Below are positions 36,599 through 37,008 of a stretch of DNA of 37,008 nucleotides, piece by piece (position 1 is the first letter of the stretch; every line of letters starts with the position of its first letter). The notes under the pieces are model-generated. The model did no database searches and had not been told where the DNA came from. It saw nothing but the letters and a program-made list of their open reading frames with translations. The stretch lies in the NCBI GenBank assembly GCA_964531745.1, contig CAZHFX010000002.1, forward strand, positions 17,151-54,158, given 5' to 3'. The DNA comes from an uncultured Gammaproteobacteria bacterium (GTDB taxonomy: Bacteria > Patescibacteriota > Patescibacteriia > Magasanikbacterales > GWA2-37-8). A program made the position numbers and the translations under genes.

Positions 36599-37008
36599 AT
36601 GCAACGTTATCTGTCGGCGGTTATACGGTATGGGTTGTATGGCACTTTATTTTTGCCGTTGCTCTTTACCTCCTTCACTTATTTTCCATGGCTTTTTGGC
36701 AAGACGATTATTTTTCAGATAGTTGTTGAGTTACTGCTTCTCTGCTGGCTGTTATGGGCTGTTAAAGGCCGTCCGGCCTCGCTTGCTCTCCGTGGCCTAG
36801 ATTGGTCCATCATTATTTTTCTTTCTATACTTATTATCACGGCGATTACCGGGGTTAGTTTTGCTCATAGTTTTTGGGGGTATCAGGCGCGCGCGGACGG
36901 TGTTTTCACTTGGCTGCATTTTGGCGTGTGGTATTTTTTGATGGTGAATACATTTAAAAAACCGGAAGATTGGAAAAAATTGCTTGCCATCAGCGTCGGC
37001 GTGGCAGT
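36599..37008 (+). CDS. O-antigen ligase / O-oligosaccharyltransferase-like membrane protein (3'-truncated; absent from ORF track)
   Basis: MQRYLSAV...YFPWLFGKTIIFQIVVE...SFWGYQARADGVFTWLH; open to the end of the window and multi-TM. Confidence 0.7.
   Translation, partial: MQRYLSAVIRYGLYGTLFLPLLFTSFTYFPWLFGKTIIFQIVVELLLLCWLLWAVKGRPASLALRGLDWSIIIFLSILIITAITGVSFAHSFWGYQARADGVFTWLHFGVWYFLMVNTFKKPEDWKKLLAISVGVA

Overview
This is a 37-kb chromosomal segment (genetic code 11) that looks like a Patescibacteria/CPR (Parcubacteria-type, possibly Magasanikbacteria) genome. That placement is inferred from gene content, the AT-rich starts without Shine-Dalgarno (SD) sites, and the giant Cys-rich and S-layer-like surface proteins. 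In order it contains: a 5'-truncated giant Cys-repeat/LamG surface protein; three DxDxDG-repeat membrane proteins; ybeY-dgkA-ftsA-ftsZ-nrdR-hyp-pyk; a 1262-aa coiled-coil/glycine-zipper protein; glyA; thiE; a divergent Elp3 / Trm9(ALKBH8)-like methyltransferase pair; a GT4 glycosyltransferase; EamA; a clan GH-A hydrolase; tRNA-Val(TAC); an amino-acid permease; metK; an HTH gene next to three long palindromes; an ECF sigma/anti-sigma pair; an S-layer-like gene; and a partial O-antigen-ligase-like gene. The most unusual element is a ~1-kb RNA-rich cassette at 22277-23288. It runs from a DnaA box and sigma70 promoter through a 39-codon leader ORF with terminator/antiterminator alternatives and a 23-bp hairpin, to a GC-rich foreign-looking ORF whose SD is hairpin-occluded. 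It ends with a structured 3' UTR, a complete type III hammerhead ribozyme and a terminator. All calls come from reading the sequence by eye; no database searches or folding programs were run.
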